64,000 nt of DNA from an uncultured bacterium (GTDB lineage: Bacteria > Patescibacteriota > Kazan-3B-28): positions 280,004-344,003 of the forward strand of contig OY968788.1 in assembly GCA_963695435.1 (NCBI GenBank), in the 5' to 3' direction. Position 1 is the first letter of the stretch. Every line of letters begins with the position of its first letter. The notes under the pieces were generated by a model. It was not told where the DNA came from, made no database searches, and saw only the letters and a list, made by a program, of their open reading frames with translations. The translations under genes and the position numbers were made by a program. Positions 25,678-34,076 of the stretch are shown here, one piece after another.

Positions 25678-25923
25678 TTACGCGTAGACTTCAGTACCTT
25701 CTTTGAGTGATTGATTGACCTTTATGCCAACCACATCACCCTTCTTGGCGGAATCGACTGAAGCGTGCTCGATTTGAATCGATTCGATGGTTTCGGTCTT
25801 CTCGTCCTCACCTTTTTTGAAGGTGACTGTGTCTCCGACTTTTAGACCACCGTCCAAATCGATTATGGCAACGCCAATCTTGTCGTAGAAGTGTACGACT
25901 TTACCGATTTTTTTACCTGCCAT
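25678..25923 (-). CDS. Small beta-barrel-like hypothetical protein
   Basis: 81 aa, with VGDTV...GDVVGIKV motifs reminiscent of translation-factor beta-barrel domains. Confidence 0.45.
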   Translation of the reverse strand: MAGKKIGKVVHFYDKIGVAIIDLDGGLKVGDTVTFKKGEDEKTETIESIQIEHASVDSAKKGDVVGIKVNQSLKEGTEVYA

Positions 25924-25968
25924 TTTGCCCTCCTAAATGGTTAGGATATGACGGATATATTATACACC

Positions 25969-25986
25969 AAGGGGAGAATTCCCCTT
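25969..25986. promoter_or_regulatory. Perfect 7-4-7 palindrome AAGGGGA-GAAT-TCCCCTT, an operator-like site
   Basis: It begins 5 nt upstream of a minus-strand TATAAT (25959-25964) that precedes the 25923 start. Confidence 0.35.
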
Positions 25987-26198
25987 CAACCCCATTTTTA
26001 TGTTTGTTTTTTGTTTTCGAACGCAAGCTGGCGTTCAATCCAGCGGTACTTTCTTCTTGGAGAAAGTACCCAAAGCCGTGGCCTGTGTTCGCTCGGTCTG
26101 TTTATTGGATAAATCACCTTACCGCTTAAAGGGCAAACTCGTCGCTTGCCAGCTCCTCAAACATGCCCCCGCGACGGTAATTTATCTCAATTCAATAC

Positions 26199-26215
26199 GA
26201 CCTCGCTCCAATGGC
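26199..26215. repeat. 17-bp direct repeat GACCTCGCTCCAATGGC, copy 1
   Basis: Identical 17-mer recurs at 26829-26845; together they flank a small gene cassette. Confidence 0.6.
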
Positions 26216-26297
26216 CGGAGGGGAAAGCGACAATGGCGGATGGAAGAAGCTGACGTAATTTGCTCGATGGGATTAAAGACAAAAGGGAATAAAAAAG

Positions 26298-26315
26298 CCC
26301 CCATGACCCTGGGGG
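26298..26315 (-). terminator. Intrinsic terminator for the minus-strand ORF 26365..26751
   Basis: ccccca-tgaccc-tggggg stem, with A6 on the plus strand, which is T6 after the stem on the minus strand. Confidence 0.5.
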
Positions 26316-26364
26316 TTGAGCCTATTTGCCCCGGCTCGGTTCCAGCTGATGCTGGTAAGGGGTG

Positions 26365-26751
26365 CTACGAAAGTAGCGGGTCATAGTCCTGTTTCTGGGG
26401 ATCATACCGGCAAAGGACACCAGTTACGAAACCTTGATAGGTATCGTAGGTACATCGGCCATACCAGAGACCGTTAGCACCGCGGTGCAAGTCGAAATGA
26501 ATACTACGGCAGTTTTCGTCTTTGTCAAAAACTAAGCTTTCACCGCTAATGTAATGACCTTCGATCGTGCCGCCAGATGGTCCACCTTCCCAGGTTCCAC
26601 GTAAGAATGTACCAGAATCGTAAAGCTTATGAACTTCGAAGACACACTGGAAGGGCGTTAACGGACTGGGATCCCAGCCAACATAACTGCTGTGTATTCC
26701 AAAGAACAGAAAAGTTTCCGTATAGAGATCCAATTTCCACCTCCTTTGCAT
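26365..26751 (-). CDS. Hypothetical W/G/Y-rich small protein
   Basis: 128 aa. It has its own TTGACA-18-CATAAT promoter and a downstream terminator. There is no SD and no signal peptide. Confidence 0.45.
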   Translation of the reverse strand: MQRRWKLDLYTETFLFFGIHSSYVGWDPSPLTPFQCVFEVHKLYDSGTFLRGTWEGGPSGGTIEGHYISGESLVFDKDENCRSIHFDLHRGANGLWYGRCTYDTYQGFVTGVLCRYDPQKQDYDPLLS

Positions 26752-26788
26752 AGTGCTTGGGGTTCTCTAGAATTTTCAAGGTGGGTAC

Positions 26789-26818
26789 ATTATGTTCTGG
26801 GCAGGGCTGGAATGTCAA
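26789..26818 (-). promoter_or_regulatory. Near-consensus promoter TTGACA-18-CATAAT on the minus strand
   Basis: On the plus strand, tgtcaa at 26813-26818 and attatg at 26789-26794. Confidence 0.45.
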
Positions 26819-26828
26819 ATTGATTACA

Positions 26829-26845
26829 GACCTCGCTCCAATGGC
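26829..26845. repeat. 17-bp direct repeat GACCTCGCTCCAATGGC, copy 2
   Basis: See copy 1. Confidence 0.6.
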
Positions 26846-27002
26846 GGATTGAGAGAGAAAAGGTTGATTGGGATAAGGGTTTTGGGGTATGGTGAGGCGT
26901 TAGGTGGATCCTGTAATTTTTAGGAAATACCCCACCAGCACCTTGAGACTTAAGAGATCTAATTTCTAAAGCCCGCGAGGTGTGACATAAAGGAGAGACT
27001 GG

Positions 27003-27698
27003 ATGAAAACTCTAGCCGCTCTGAAGGCCCTGATGGCTTACTGTACCAACATGGTGTCTTTGAATGCCGACCAGGAAGGTGGCTTCGCCAAGGCAGGAGA
27101 GATATGCAAACAACTCCTCTCTTTAGGCGAAGACGGCTTGGGACGATTACTTCAGCTGATGAACTATGTTAAAGAGCTGACGAAGAGGGAAGATCTTCCT
27201 CCCGAAAATGAGTTCAGGAGGTTCCTGGACAACAACTCCACCACAGGTGAGACTATTGATTGCGATGCCGATCCGTTTATCCCGAATGACTGGAATGACT
27301 GGAAGGCGGGGAAGCATATCAAGGGCGGAATGCTTAAATCGGATTCGCCAATGATCTTTCTGTATATTTCCCCACACCAGAAGGCTAGTGGACACAGCCA
27401 TGGCTATACTCTTCTCAAAGGGTTTATGGATGAGCCTGCTTTCCTAACCCTGAATGCCAATGTGTTGGACCATTGGTTTAAGCACCCAGGGCAGATACCG
27501 AAGGGCATATATAAAGCTCTCCAGTTGGGTAATAAGATAGTTTTTTGGGGAACGATCTATGTTATGGGCGATGGATCATCTGTTGTCCGCTACCTCTATC
27601 TAAGTAGAGTTACCGGTTACCTGGCTTGCAATCACATATATGTCAACTCTTATGTGGTGTCAGATTTCCTGGCTGCTGCCAAGCCAGTAGAGCCATGA
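27003..27698 (+). CDS. Hypothetical protein
   Basis: 231 aa, with an AAGGAG RBS 7 nt before the ATG; no motif recognised. Confidence 0.5.
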   Translation: MKTLAALKALMAYCTNMVSLNADQEGGFAKAGEICKQLLSLGEDGLGRLLQLMNYVKELTKREDLPPENEFRRFLDNNSTTGETIDCDADPFIPNDWNDWKAGKHIKGGMLKSDSPMIFLYISPHQKASGHSHGYTLLKGFMDEPAFLTLNANVLDHWFKHPGQIPKGIYKALQLGNKIVFWGTIYVMGDGSSVVRYLYLSRVTGYLACNHIYVNSYVVSDFLAAAKPVEP

Positions 27699-27720
27699 TA
27701 TCGTGATCTTTGAGTTAATT

Positions 27721-27754
27721 GGGCGGGCACTTCGGTGCTCGCCCTTTTCGTTTT
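27721..27754 (+). terminator. Rho-independent terminator with a UUCG tetraloop
   Basis: gggcgggcac-ttcg-gtgctcgccc, a 10-bp stem with one G-U, followed by TTTTCGTTTTG. Confidence 0.6.
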
Positions 27755-27781
27755 GTATTGTTACTCTCTATTTTCTAATCT

Positions 27782-29125
27782 CTACGCTTTGCCTTTTCTG
27801 GCCCGGTGGGATTTGGGGCGGGGGCGGAATTGGATAGGAACGCCCGCGAGAGGCCAGATTTCGCGAAGTTTGTTTTCGAGATAACGAAGATAGGTATAGT
27901 GCAGACCTTCAGGGCGGTCGGCTACAAGTTCGATTACTGGAGGATTAGTTGAGATTTGACGGGCAGAATGAATAACGGGAGTGGTGTATTTTCCAAATGG
28001 ACGACGAGCTGTTGCCGCTTGGAGAACAAGTGAATTTATTTTTTGATCAGAAAGACGAGAGGAACGAAGAACGGCAGTATCAATTATTAATTGTTTTACT
28101 TTATCTACTCTCTGACCTGTGAGGGCAGAGATGTAAATTCTTGGCATCCACGAAGCGAAGCGATATTTGCTTTCGAGATATTTGTCGTATTCTGCCGTCA
28201 CTTTTCCTGTTTTTTCAATCAAATCCCATTTGTTGATAACTAAAATCGGACTTTTGCCGAGTTCTAAAATAATTTCCATAATATGCTGGTCTTGGGCGAT
28301 AACACCCTCGTCAGCTTCCATTAGAAGTAAGCAAATGTCAGAAGACTGCACGGCGCGAAGCATTCTCAATGCGGCAAATTTTTCGATGCCAACTTCTACT
28401 TTTCCTCTTCTGCGAAGTCCTGCGGTATCGATAAACTCGACAATATATTTTTCGAAAGTAGTATTCTCGTTGATAGTGTCGCGGGTAGTTCCCGCTTCTT
28501 TACTTACTACGCTTCGTTCTTTGCCAATAAGTTTATTAAATAAAGTTGATTTGCCAACATTGGGACGGCCGAGAATAGCGACTTTGACAATTGGATACTT
28601 ACTTTTTGGTGGTCGTGCAGGCTTCTTTATTTTATTTAGTTGTTCAACTACTTCATCTAAAACTTCGCCCACACCTTTTCCTGTGGTACCTGCTGTTTCG
28701 AAAGTTTGTTTGAAACCGAGACGATAAAAATCCGCCAGAACATCTGCATCAACTTTTTTGTCAGTTTTGTTGATGAGCAGAATAATCGGCTTGTTTTGTT
28801 TGCGCGCTAAACGGGCAACTTCTCTGTCGTCTGGATGTATCCCCTCTTTTGCGCTTACTAAAAATAAAATCAAATCGGCAGAACTAAGTGCGACTTTAGT
28901 TTGGAGCATTACATTGCGAGTGAGCTCGGATTTGTTGTCTGGCTCGATACCGGCGGTGTCGGCAACCATAAAGGTAGTTTTATTCCAACCGACATCCCCA
29001 AAAAGCACATCCCGAGTAGTTCCCGGCTCTTCAGCCAAAATCGCCTGTTTTTCGCCGATTAAGCGATTGAACAGGGTTGATTTGCCGACATTTGGGCGGC
29101 CGATGATAGCGACTAAGTGACTCAT
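27782..29125 (-). CDS. der: Ribosome-associated GTPase Der/EngA
   Basis: Two tandem GTPase domains (GRPNVGKSTLFN twice, each with DTAG) and a C-terminal KH-like domain. Confidence 0.9.
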   Translation of the reverse strand: MSHLVAIIGRPNVGKSTLFNRLIGEKQAILAEEPGTTRDVLFGDVGWNKTTFMVADTAGIEPDNKSELTRNVMLQTKVALSSADLILFLVSAKEGIHPDDREVARLARKQNKPIILLINKTDKKVDADVLADFYRLGFKQTFETAGTTGKGVGEVLDEVVEQLNKIKKPARPPKSKYPIVKVAILGRPNVGKSTLFNKLIGKERSVVSKEAGTTRDTINENTTFEKYIVEFIDTAGLRRRGKVEVGIEKFAALRMLRAVQSSDICLLLMEADEGVIAQDQHIMEIILELGKSPILVINKWDLIEKTGKVTAEYDKYLESKYRFASWMPRIYISALTGQRVDKVKQLIIDTAVLRSSRLSDQKINSLVLQAATARRPFGKYTTPVIHSARQISTNPPVIELVADRPEGLHYTYLRYLENKLREIWPLAGVPIQFRPRPKSHRARKGKA

Positions 29126-29134
29126 ATCTATATC

Positions 29135-30064
29135 TTATAACGGTTCTATCCAAGAGTATGCCTTGAGCGCCCAGTCTAACGCCTTTTTGCCCTCTTGGAA
29201 ACGGTTGGGACTATCAAGTAGTACTACGATGACCTTTTGCCCGCTATCACCTCTTACTGCGGCTACCAGCGACTCACCTGCCTCATCAGTTGTCCCTGTC
29301 TTCACGCCGATGACATTCTCAAACTGCCCTAGGAGTTTATTGGTGGTATTGAGTTGATGGACAAATTTTCCACTTACATCCCTCACGGTGGTTTTGGAAG
29401 TTTTGACAATATCGGCGAAAGTTTGGTTTTCCATAGCAACACGGGAGAGTTCCGCTAAATCTTTGGCTGTGGAATAGTGTTGAGGGTTGTCGAAACCAAC
29501 TGAATTGGTGAAATGAGTTTGGGTTAGCCCGAGTTCTGATGCTTTCTGATTCATTAGAGCAACAAATTGGTCAGGAGTGTCTGCGGTGGCGTATGCCAGT
29601 GCAGTTGCAGCATCATTTGCTGATTCAATTAGCGCACCCTTCAATAAATTATGAATAGTAATGCGTTCGTTGGAGTATAACGACATTTTGGAGCCTGTGA
29701 CTTCGACTGCTTCAACTGGAACAGTCGCGATAGTATTCAATTGACTCCCAAATTTATCTAGTGCTACTAAAGCGGTCATGATTTTTGTAAGCGAAGCGAT
29801 TGGAAGAGATGTATTGGGATTGTTGCTGTATAACACTCGATTACTTTGAGTATCAATAATAATTGATGCTTTGGAATTGAGCTCAATATCTTTGAAACTT
29901 AGATTTCTGATTGGCCCGATAAGGGAATTTAGATTTTGGGCGAAATCGGTGGCGGAGTAACTGGTAGAGAAAATATTAAATACGCTCAACAATTGCTGTT
30001 GGGCGCCATCCAGTGCGCCAGTGAAAAAGCGCAATACGACTAGGAGTAAAGCGAGATTAGTCAT
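29135..30064 (-). CDS. D-alanyl-D-alanine carboxypeptidase (serine-type, PBP5/6-like)
   Basis: SxxK (ASLTK), SxN and KTG (KTGTT) motifs, with an N-terminal signal/anchor. Confidence 0.8.
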   Translation of the reverse strand: MTNLALLLVVLRFFTGALDGAQQQLLSVFNIFSTSYSATDFAQNLNSLIGPIRNLSFKDIELNSKASIIIDTQSNRVLYSNNPNTSLPIASLTKIMTALVALDKFGSQLNTIATVPVEAVEVTGSKMSLYSNERITIHNLLKGALIESANDAATALAYATADTPDQFVALMNQKASELGLTQTHFTNSVGFDNPQHYSTAKDLAELSRVAMENQTFADIVKTSKTTVRDVSGKFVHQLNTTNKLLGQFENVIGVKTGTTDEAGESLVAAVRGDSGQKVIVVLLDSPNRFQEGKKALDWALKAYSWIEPL

Positions 30065-30185
30065 GATGGAGTAATGAGTTATGAGTTACGAGTAATGAGT
30101 GAAAGACAGTTTGCAGTAAGTAGTTTGTAGTGAGTAGAAAATGTCGCCGCAGACGACCACCGATATTTGCTGATTTGCAGATTTT

Positions 30186-31580
30186 TTATTTACTTTTGGC
30201 TTTCTTTATAGATAAGCCGAGTTCGTCTAATGTGGCGGAATCAATTTCACGGGGCGAACCCATCATTGGGTCACGGCCTTTGTCGGTCTTTGGGAAAGCG
30301 ATTACTTCACGAATGTTGGGCTCGTTTTGCAGTAACATCACAAATCTATCAATACCGGGGGCGATTCCACCATGAGGAGGAGCGCCATAACGGAAAGCTT
30401 CTAGCATATGACCAAATTTTTCATTTGCCTCTTCTTTGGATAAACCGATAATTTCAAAAATCTTTTGCTGAAGTTCAGGTTGGTGAATACGAATAGACCC
30501 GCTGGCAATTTCATAACCGTTCAAAACCATATCGTAAGCTGTGCTGATAACATCTTCTGGATTGCTCCCAAGCATTTCGATTTGATCTTCTTTGGGAGCG
30601 GTAAAAGGATGATGTTCGGAAGTGAGCCCATTTCCTGCTTTTGCAAACAACGGGAAATCTACTACAAAACAAAATGCCAACTCATCGGGATCTTGAGGAT
30701 TTTGACGCAGGTCGGGTTTGTCTGAGCCGTATTTTTCAAGAGCTTCTCTGTGAGTCATTCGGGGCCACGGAGTTTGCAGAATTTTTTTATTCGGATAAAG
30801 AGTTTGGATAAGTTCTGTAAAAAGCTGTTCGGTGAGGCCTAAAATTTCTTTTTCTGATGCGAAAGACATCTCCAAATCAAGCTGGGTGAATTCTGGTTGA
30901 CGATCGCCTCTTGAATCTTCATCCCGCATACATTTAGCTATTTGGTAGTAGCGTTCAAATCCTGCCACCATTAGCAACTGTTTGTATTGCTGGGGACTTT
31001 GGGGAAGAGCGTAAAAACTTCCCTGATACTTTCTGCTTGGAACTAAATAGTCGCGAGCACCTTCTGGAGTAGCGGCAGTAATAATCGGGGTTTCTATTTC
31101 AACAAATTTGCGTTCATTTAAGAATTCGCGGATAAAACGAATTATTTGGTGACGCATTAATAAATTGTGGTGGATTTTTTCGTGGCGCAAATCTAGATAG
31201 CGGTATTTCAAGCGGATTTCTTCATCTACAGCTGATTCACGGTCAATTTCAAATGGCGGAGTAAGCGACTCGTTAATAATTTCTAAATTAGTTGCTTTTA
31301 TTTCGACAGTACCGGTGACAATCTTGGGGTTGATGTTTCGCTCCCCCCGCTTCACAACTTCACCTGTAACTTTTATTACCGATTCAGGTTTGAGACCGTT
31401 GGCTTGTTCTTGGAGCTTAGGATTGTCACCAAAAACGACTTGGACTAATCCAAATCCGTCTCGCAGGTCGATAAAAATAATTTGTCCCATATTCCGCTTA
31501 CTGTGTACCCATCCAAAGAGGGTGACGGTTTGCCCCACAAGGGTCGGGGTGTCAGCGGTGAGAGTGCGGTTTTGTGACAT
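30186..31580 (-). CDS. aspS: Aspartyl-tRNA synthetase, short form lacking the GAD insertion
   Basis: LPQSPQQYKQLLMVAGFERYYQIAKCMRDEDSRGDRQPEFTQLD matches the AspRS class II motifs; N-terminal OB anticodon-binding domain; 464 aa. Confidence 0.9.
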   Translation of the reverse strand: MSQNRTLTADTPTLVGQTVTLFGWVHSKRNMGQIIFIDLRDGFGLVQVVFGDNPKLQEQANGLKPESVIKVTGEVVKRGERNINPKIVTGTVEIKATNLEIINESLTPPFEIDRESAVDEEIRLKYRYLDLRHEKIHHNLLMRHQIIRFIREFLNERKFVEIETPIITAATPEGARDYLVPSRKYQGSFYALPQSPQQYKQLLMVAGFERYYQIAKCMRDEDSRGDRQPEFTQLDLEMSFASEKEILGLTEQLFTELIQTLYPNKKILQTPWPRMTHREALEKYGSDKPDLRQNPQDPDELAFCFVVDFPLFAKAGNGLTSEHHPFTAPKEDQIEMLGSNPEDVISTAYDMVLNGYEIASGSIRIHQPELQQKIFEIIGLSKEEANEKFGHMLEAFRYGAPPHGGIAPGIDRFVMLLQNEPNIREVIAFPKTDKGRDPMMGSPREIDSATLDELGLSIKKAKSK

Positions 31581-31620
31581 AGATAGACTAATAGACGATA
31601 GACAATGGACTTATAGACGG
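31581..31620. repeat. Tandem GTCTAT/GTCCAT heptamer array abutting the aspS start codon
   Basis: On the aspS strand, CCGTCTATAAGTCCATTGTCTATCGTCTATTAGTCTATCT is immediately followed by ATG. Confidence 0.6.
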
Positions 31621-31708
31621 CAAAAAAGCCTGCGGAAATCTCCCCCAGCATAGCAGAAATCAGGGGGTAGAGAATAGAGAGTAGAGATTAGAGAATAGGG
31701 TTATCCTC

Positions 31709-31782
31709 TGTCATTCTGAGTGAAACGAAGAATCTAGACCGAAGGTCGCTACGCTAGATCCTTCACTGCGTTCAGGATGACA
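31709..31782. repeat. Imperfect-palindromic intergenic repeat, copy B
   Basis: TGTCATTCTGAGTGAAACGAAGAATCTAGACCGAAGGTCGCTACGCTAGATCCTTCACTGCGTTCAGGATGACA. Confidence 0.75.
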
Positions 31783-31788
31783 AAAAGG

Positions 31789-32109
31789 CTACTGGCCGAG
31801 CGGTTTGCCGATAATCAGGGCTACCAGAGAGTTGAAGAGGTTTTGGAGTACTAATAGAAGCCCTGGGAACAAAACAACCGCCAGAATAAGCCACAGCCAG
31901 TTTCTTTTGATTAGCTTAAACAGGAAAGAAGCGACTGCCAGAATCAATATCAAGGAAATTATCCATTGATACTGTTCGGGGAAAATACCGACAAATCCGT
32001 GATAAGCGTCAAACAGCCGTTCAAATATTCCTTTGCCAGCAGCGGCTGCTGCCTCTTTTGCTTGATTGGCGACTATGCCGGTGACGGAGTTTACAATTTG
32101 GTTGTCCAT
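31789..32109 (-). CDS. Small membrane protein, hypothetical
   Basis: 106 aa with two hydrophobic helices. Confidence 0.45.
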   Translation of the reverse strand: MDNQIVNSVTGIVANQAKEAAAAAGKGIFERLFDAYHGFVGIFPEQYQWIISLILILAVASFLFKLIKRNWLWLILAVVLFPGLLLVLQNLFNSLVALIIGKPLGQ

Positions 32110-32124
32110 TGTAAATTTATTGTA

Positions 32125-32973
32125 CTATTTTTTGGCGAGTTTTTTGAGAGCGAGGATATCTTTCAAATCTTCCTTGAGGTTGCCTGTGCGGGGAGTTTCA
32201 AGAATAAAGGCAACATCTTTTAGTTTTGGTGAAGTAATCCAGTATTTGAAAGCATTTAGACCAATAAATCCTTCGCCAATGTTGGCGTGGCGGTCTTTGC
32301 GGGAGCCAAGTTCAAATTTGGCGTCGTTTAGGTGAATAAATTGCAGATATTTTAGTCCGATTAGTTTATCGAACTTTGCTAGCAGGTCATCAACATCTTT
32401 TTTTGTGCGGACATCAATTCCTGAAGCAAATAGATGGCAGGTGTCTAAAGTGAAGCCGAAACGCTTTTTATTTTTTATTTCTTCCCAAATAAGTCCCAAT
32501 TCTTCGATTGTGTCGCCGATTCGGTTCCCTGCACCTGCGTCGTTTTCAATAATCAGCGGAATAGCATATTTCTCATCACTTAGTTCGGCTAACCGATTTA
32601 GGGTTTGAGTGGCTAGTCTTATTCCTTCTATAGTGCTGTCTTGGTTGCTTCCGCAATGAAAGTTGTAACCAGTAGCTCCGATGGCACAGGCGAGCCGAAT
32701 CTCTTCTTTCATTTTTTTGAGGCTTACTCGACGCAGAGTATCTTTGTGGCTGGCGGGATTGGGCAGATATGCGGAATGAACCAAAACCTTTTTAACTTTG
32801 GATTTCTTCCATGCTTGTTTGAATTTTTCCGCTTCTTTGGTGGTAACAACTGGAGTAGCCCAACTTTGAGGACTTCCTGCAAAAATCTGAATAGCGGTAC
32901 ATTCTAGCGCCTCGGCTTCTTGAAAGGCTTTGTATAGTCCCCCGCTGGTTGATACATGATATCCGAGTAGCAT
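32125..32973 (-). CDS. nfo: Endonuclease IV (AP endonuclease, TIM barrel)
   Basis: MLLGYHVSTSGGL...HSAYLPN...HLND, the Nfo family His/Asp/Glu metal ligands. Confidence 0.88.
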   Translation of the reverse strand: MLLGYHVSTSGGLYKAFQEAEALECTAIQIFAGSPQSWATPVVTTKEAEKFKQAWKKSKVKKVLVHSAYLPNPASHKDTLRRVSLKKMKEEIRLACAIGATGYNFHCGSNQDSTIEGIRLATQTLNRLAELSDEKYAIPLIIENDAGAGNRIGDTIEELGLIWEEIKNKKRFGFTLDTCHLFASGIDVRTKKDVDDLLAKFDKLIGLKYLQFIHLNDAKFELGSRKDRHANIGEGFIGLNAFKYWITSPKLKDVAFILETPRTGNLKEDLKDILALKKLAKK

Positions 32974-32986
32974 TAGTTGTTGAGGC

Positions 32987-33244
32987 TTAGTGTCCTATTC
33001 CGCGCCACTGTCCCTGTTGTATTAACATTTTTGAATCTGTTGTGCCGTACCACCTTCCATCAGACCCAATAAAAATAATAGCGTCTTCAGGATTAATTCC
33101 TTTTGGATATAGAGGTCTGCCATCATGAAATGTAACCTCCCATATTTCGGAGGGTGGTTCAGTATCTATTTCTTGAGTTGTTGCTAATGATTCCGGTGCC
33201 CCCCCGTCAGATTCATCACGCAGTAAAAATGGAATTTCAAACAT
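32987..33244 (-). CDS. Small hypothetical protein
   Basis: 85-aa ORF 13 nt upstream of nfo. Confidence 0.35.
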   Translation of the reverse strand: MFEIPFLLRDESDGGAPESLATTQEIDTEPPSEIWEVTFHDGRPLYPKGINPEDAIIFIGSDGRWYGTTDSKMLIQQGQWRGIGH

Positions 33245-33312
33245 TATAGCTGGACTTTAGTATGCTTCTAGTGTATCAAATAGAGCAGTAATCGCTTGTA
33301 TAATAAACAAGA

Positions 33313-33387
33313 GGCGCCATCGTCTAACGGTTAGGACGCAAGATTCTCATTCTTGTAACCGGGGTTCGATTCCCCGTGGCGCTACCA
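33313..33387 (+). tRNA. tRNA-Glu (anticodon CUC), 3' CCA encoded
   Basis: Cloverleaf built by hand: acceptor ggcgcca/tggcgct, D stem gtct/ggac, anticodon stem caaga/tcttg with loop ttCTCat, T arm cgggg-ttcgatt-ccccg. Confidence 0.85.
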
Positions 33388-33595
33388 CGTCGAAATAAAC
33401 TCGACTTTACGCTAACACCCTCGACAGGCTCGGGGTTGCTTTTAGGTCTCGTTATTTCTCCTTTCAAAATCACAAACACTTCGTTGGTTTGCGATTTTGG
33501 TTGAAAAGAAGCACGGGGGTTCGTGCGTGAGACCGCTCTATAAATTTGTTGGGTTTACCCTAATGCGGCGAACGGCGGGGCCCCATAGCAATGGG

Positions 33596-33609
33596 GAAAC
33601 AATTCCCCG
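33596..33609. repeat. Partial direct duplication of the tRNA-Glu 3' end (ATTCCCCGTGGCGC)
   Basis: The 14-nt match to 33369-33382 lies about 210 bp downstream of the tRNA, an att-like signature. Confidence 0.5.
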
Positions 33610-33640
33610 TGGCGCCTATTTGCGATTTAGATTTGTATTA

Positions 33641-33675
33641 CAAAAACATCCGCCCTTTTGAGCGGATGTTTTGTT
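33641..33675. terminator. Bidirectional rho-independent terminator
   Basis: aacatccgc-ccttttga-gcggatgtt, a 9-bp stem flanked by AAAA on one side and TTTTG on the other. Confidence 0.6.
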
Positions 33676-33694
33676 ATTAAATCGAGTAAAGGGA

Positions 33695-33892
33695 TTATCC
33701 TTTGTAAAGAATTGGCAAACCAGTGCGAGCACTCTCTTTAATCTTGTAACCTGCTGGAACGGCATCAATGGCGTCCGCTTTGGCTTCTTTGCCAAAGTAG
33801 TAAATCCACTGTTTGCGTCCACCCTTCAATGTGACGTTCTTAGAGTGCAAGAAATATGTTGAACCCTTCTTGTTCTTGTAGCTGAATGCCAT
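33695..33892 (-). CDS. Small conserved-looking hypothetical protein
   Basis: 65 aa: MAFSYKNKKGSTYFLHSKNVTLKGGRKQWIYYFGKE...; followed by the terminator at 33641. Confidence 0.5.
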   Translation of the reverse strand: MAFSYKNKKGSTYFLHSKNVTLKGGRKQWIYYFGKEAKADAIDAVPAGYKIKESARTGLPILYKG

Positions 33893-34027
33893 AGAACTCC
33901 TTTTAGTTAGCGTTTATAACTACAGAGGTATTGTACAGATATGCTTATCTGGTGTCTAGGAGAAAATCAGATTACAACAGATATGGGGCAAAAAGTAGGC
34001 TTTAGGAGCGAAAAATTTTTAGGATAA

Positions 34028-34048
34028 GGGGCGGCTGGAAGCCGCCCC
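34028..34048 (-). terminator. Hairpin terminator
   Basis: ggggcggc-tggaa-gccgcccc, an 8-bp G/C stem; on the minus strand it is followed by TTATCCTAAAAATTTTT. Confidence 0.45.
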
Positions 34049-34076
34049 AGATGTGTTCAAGCAAGAGCCCGCTGTT

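Noticed and set aside
26000-26386. Plus-strand 128-aa ORF in the 26 kb islet
   Set aside because: It spans hairpins, direct repeat 1 and the terminator of the convergent gene, and has no RBS or promoter. The minus-strand ORF 26365..26751 has both a promoter and a terminator and is preferred.
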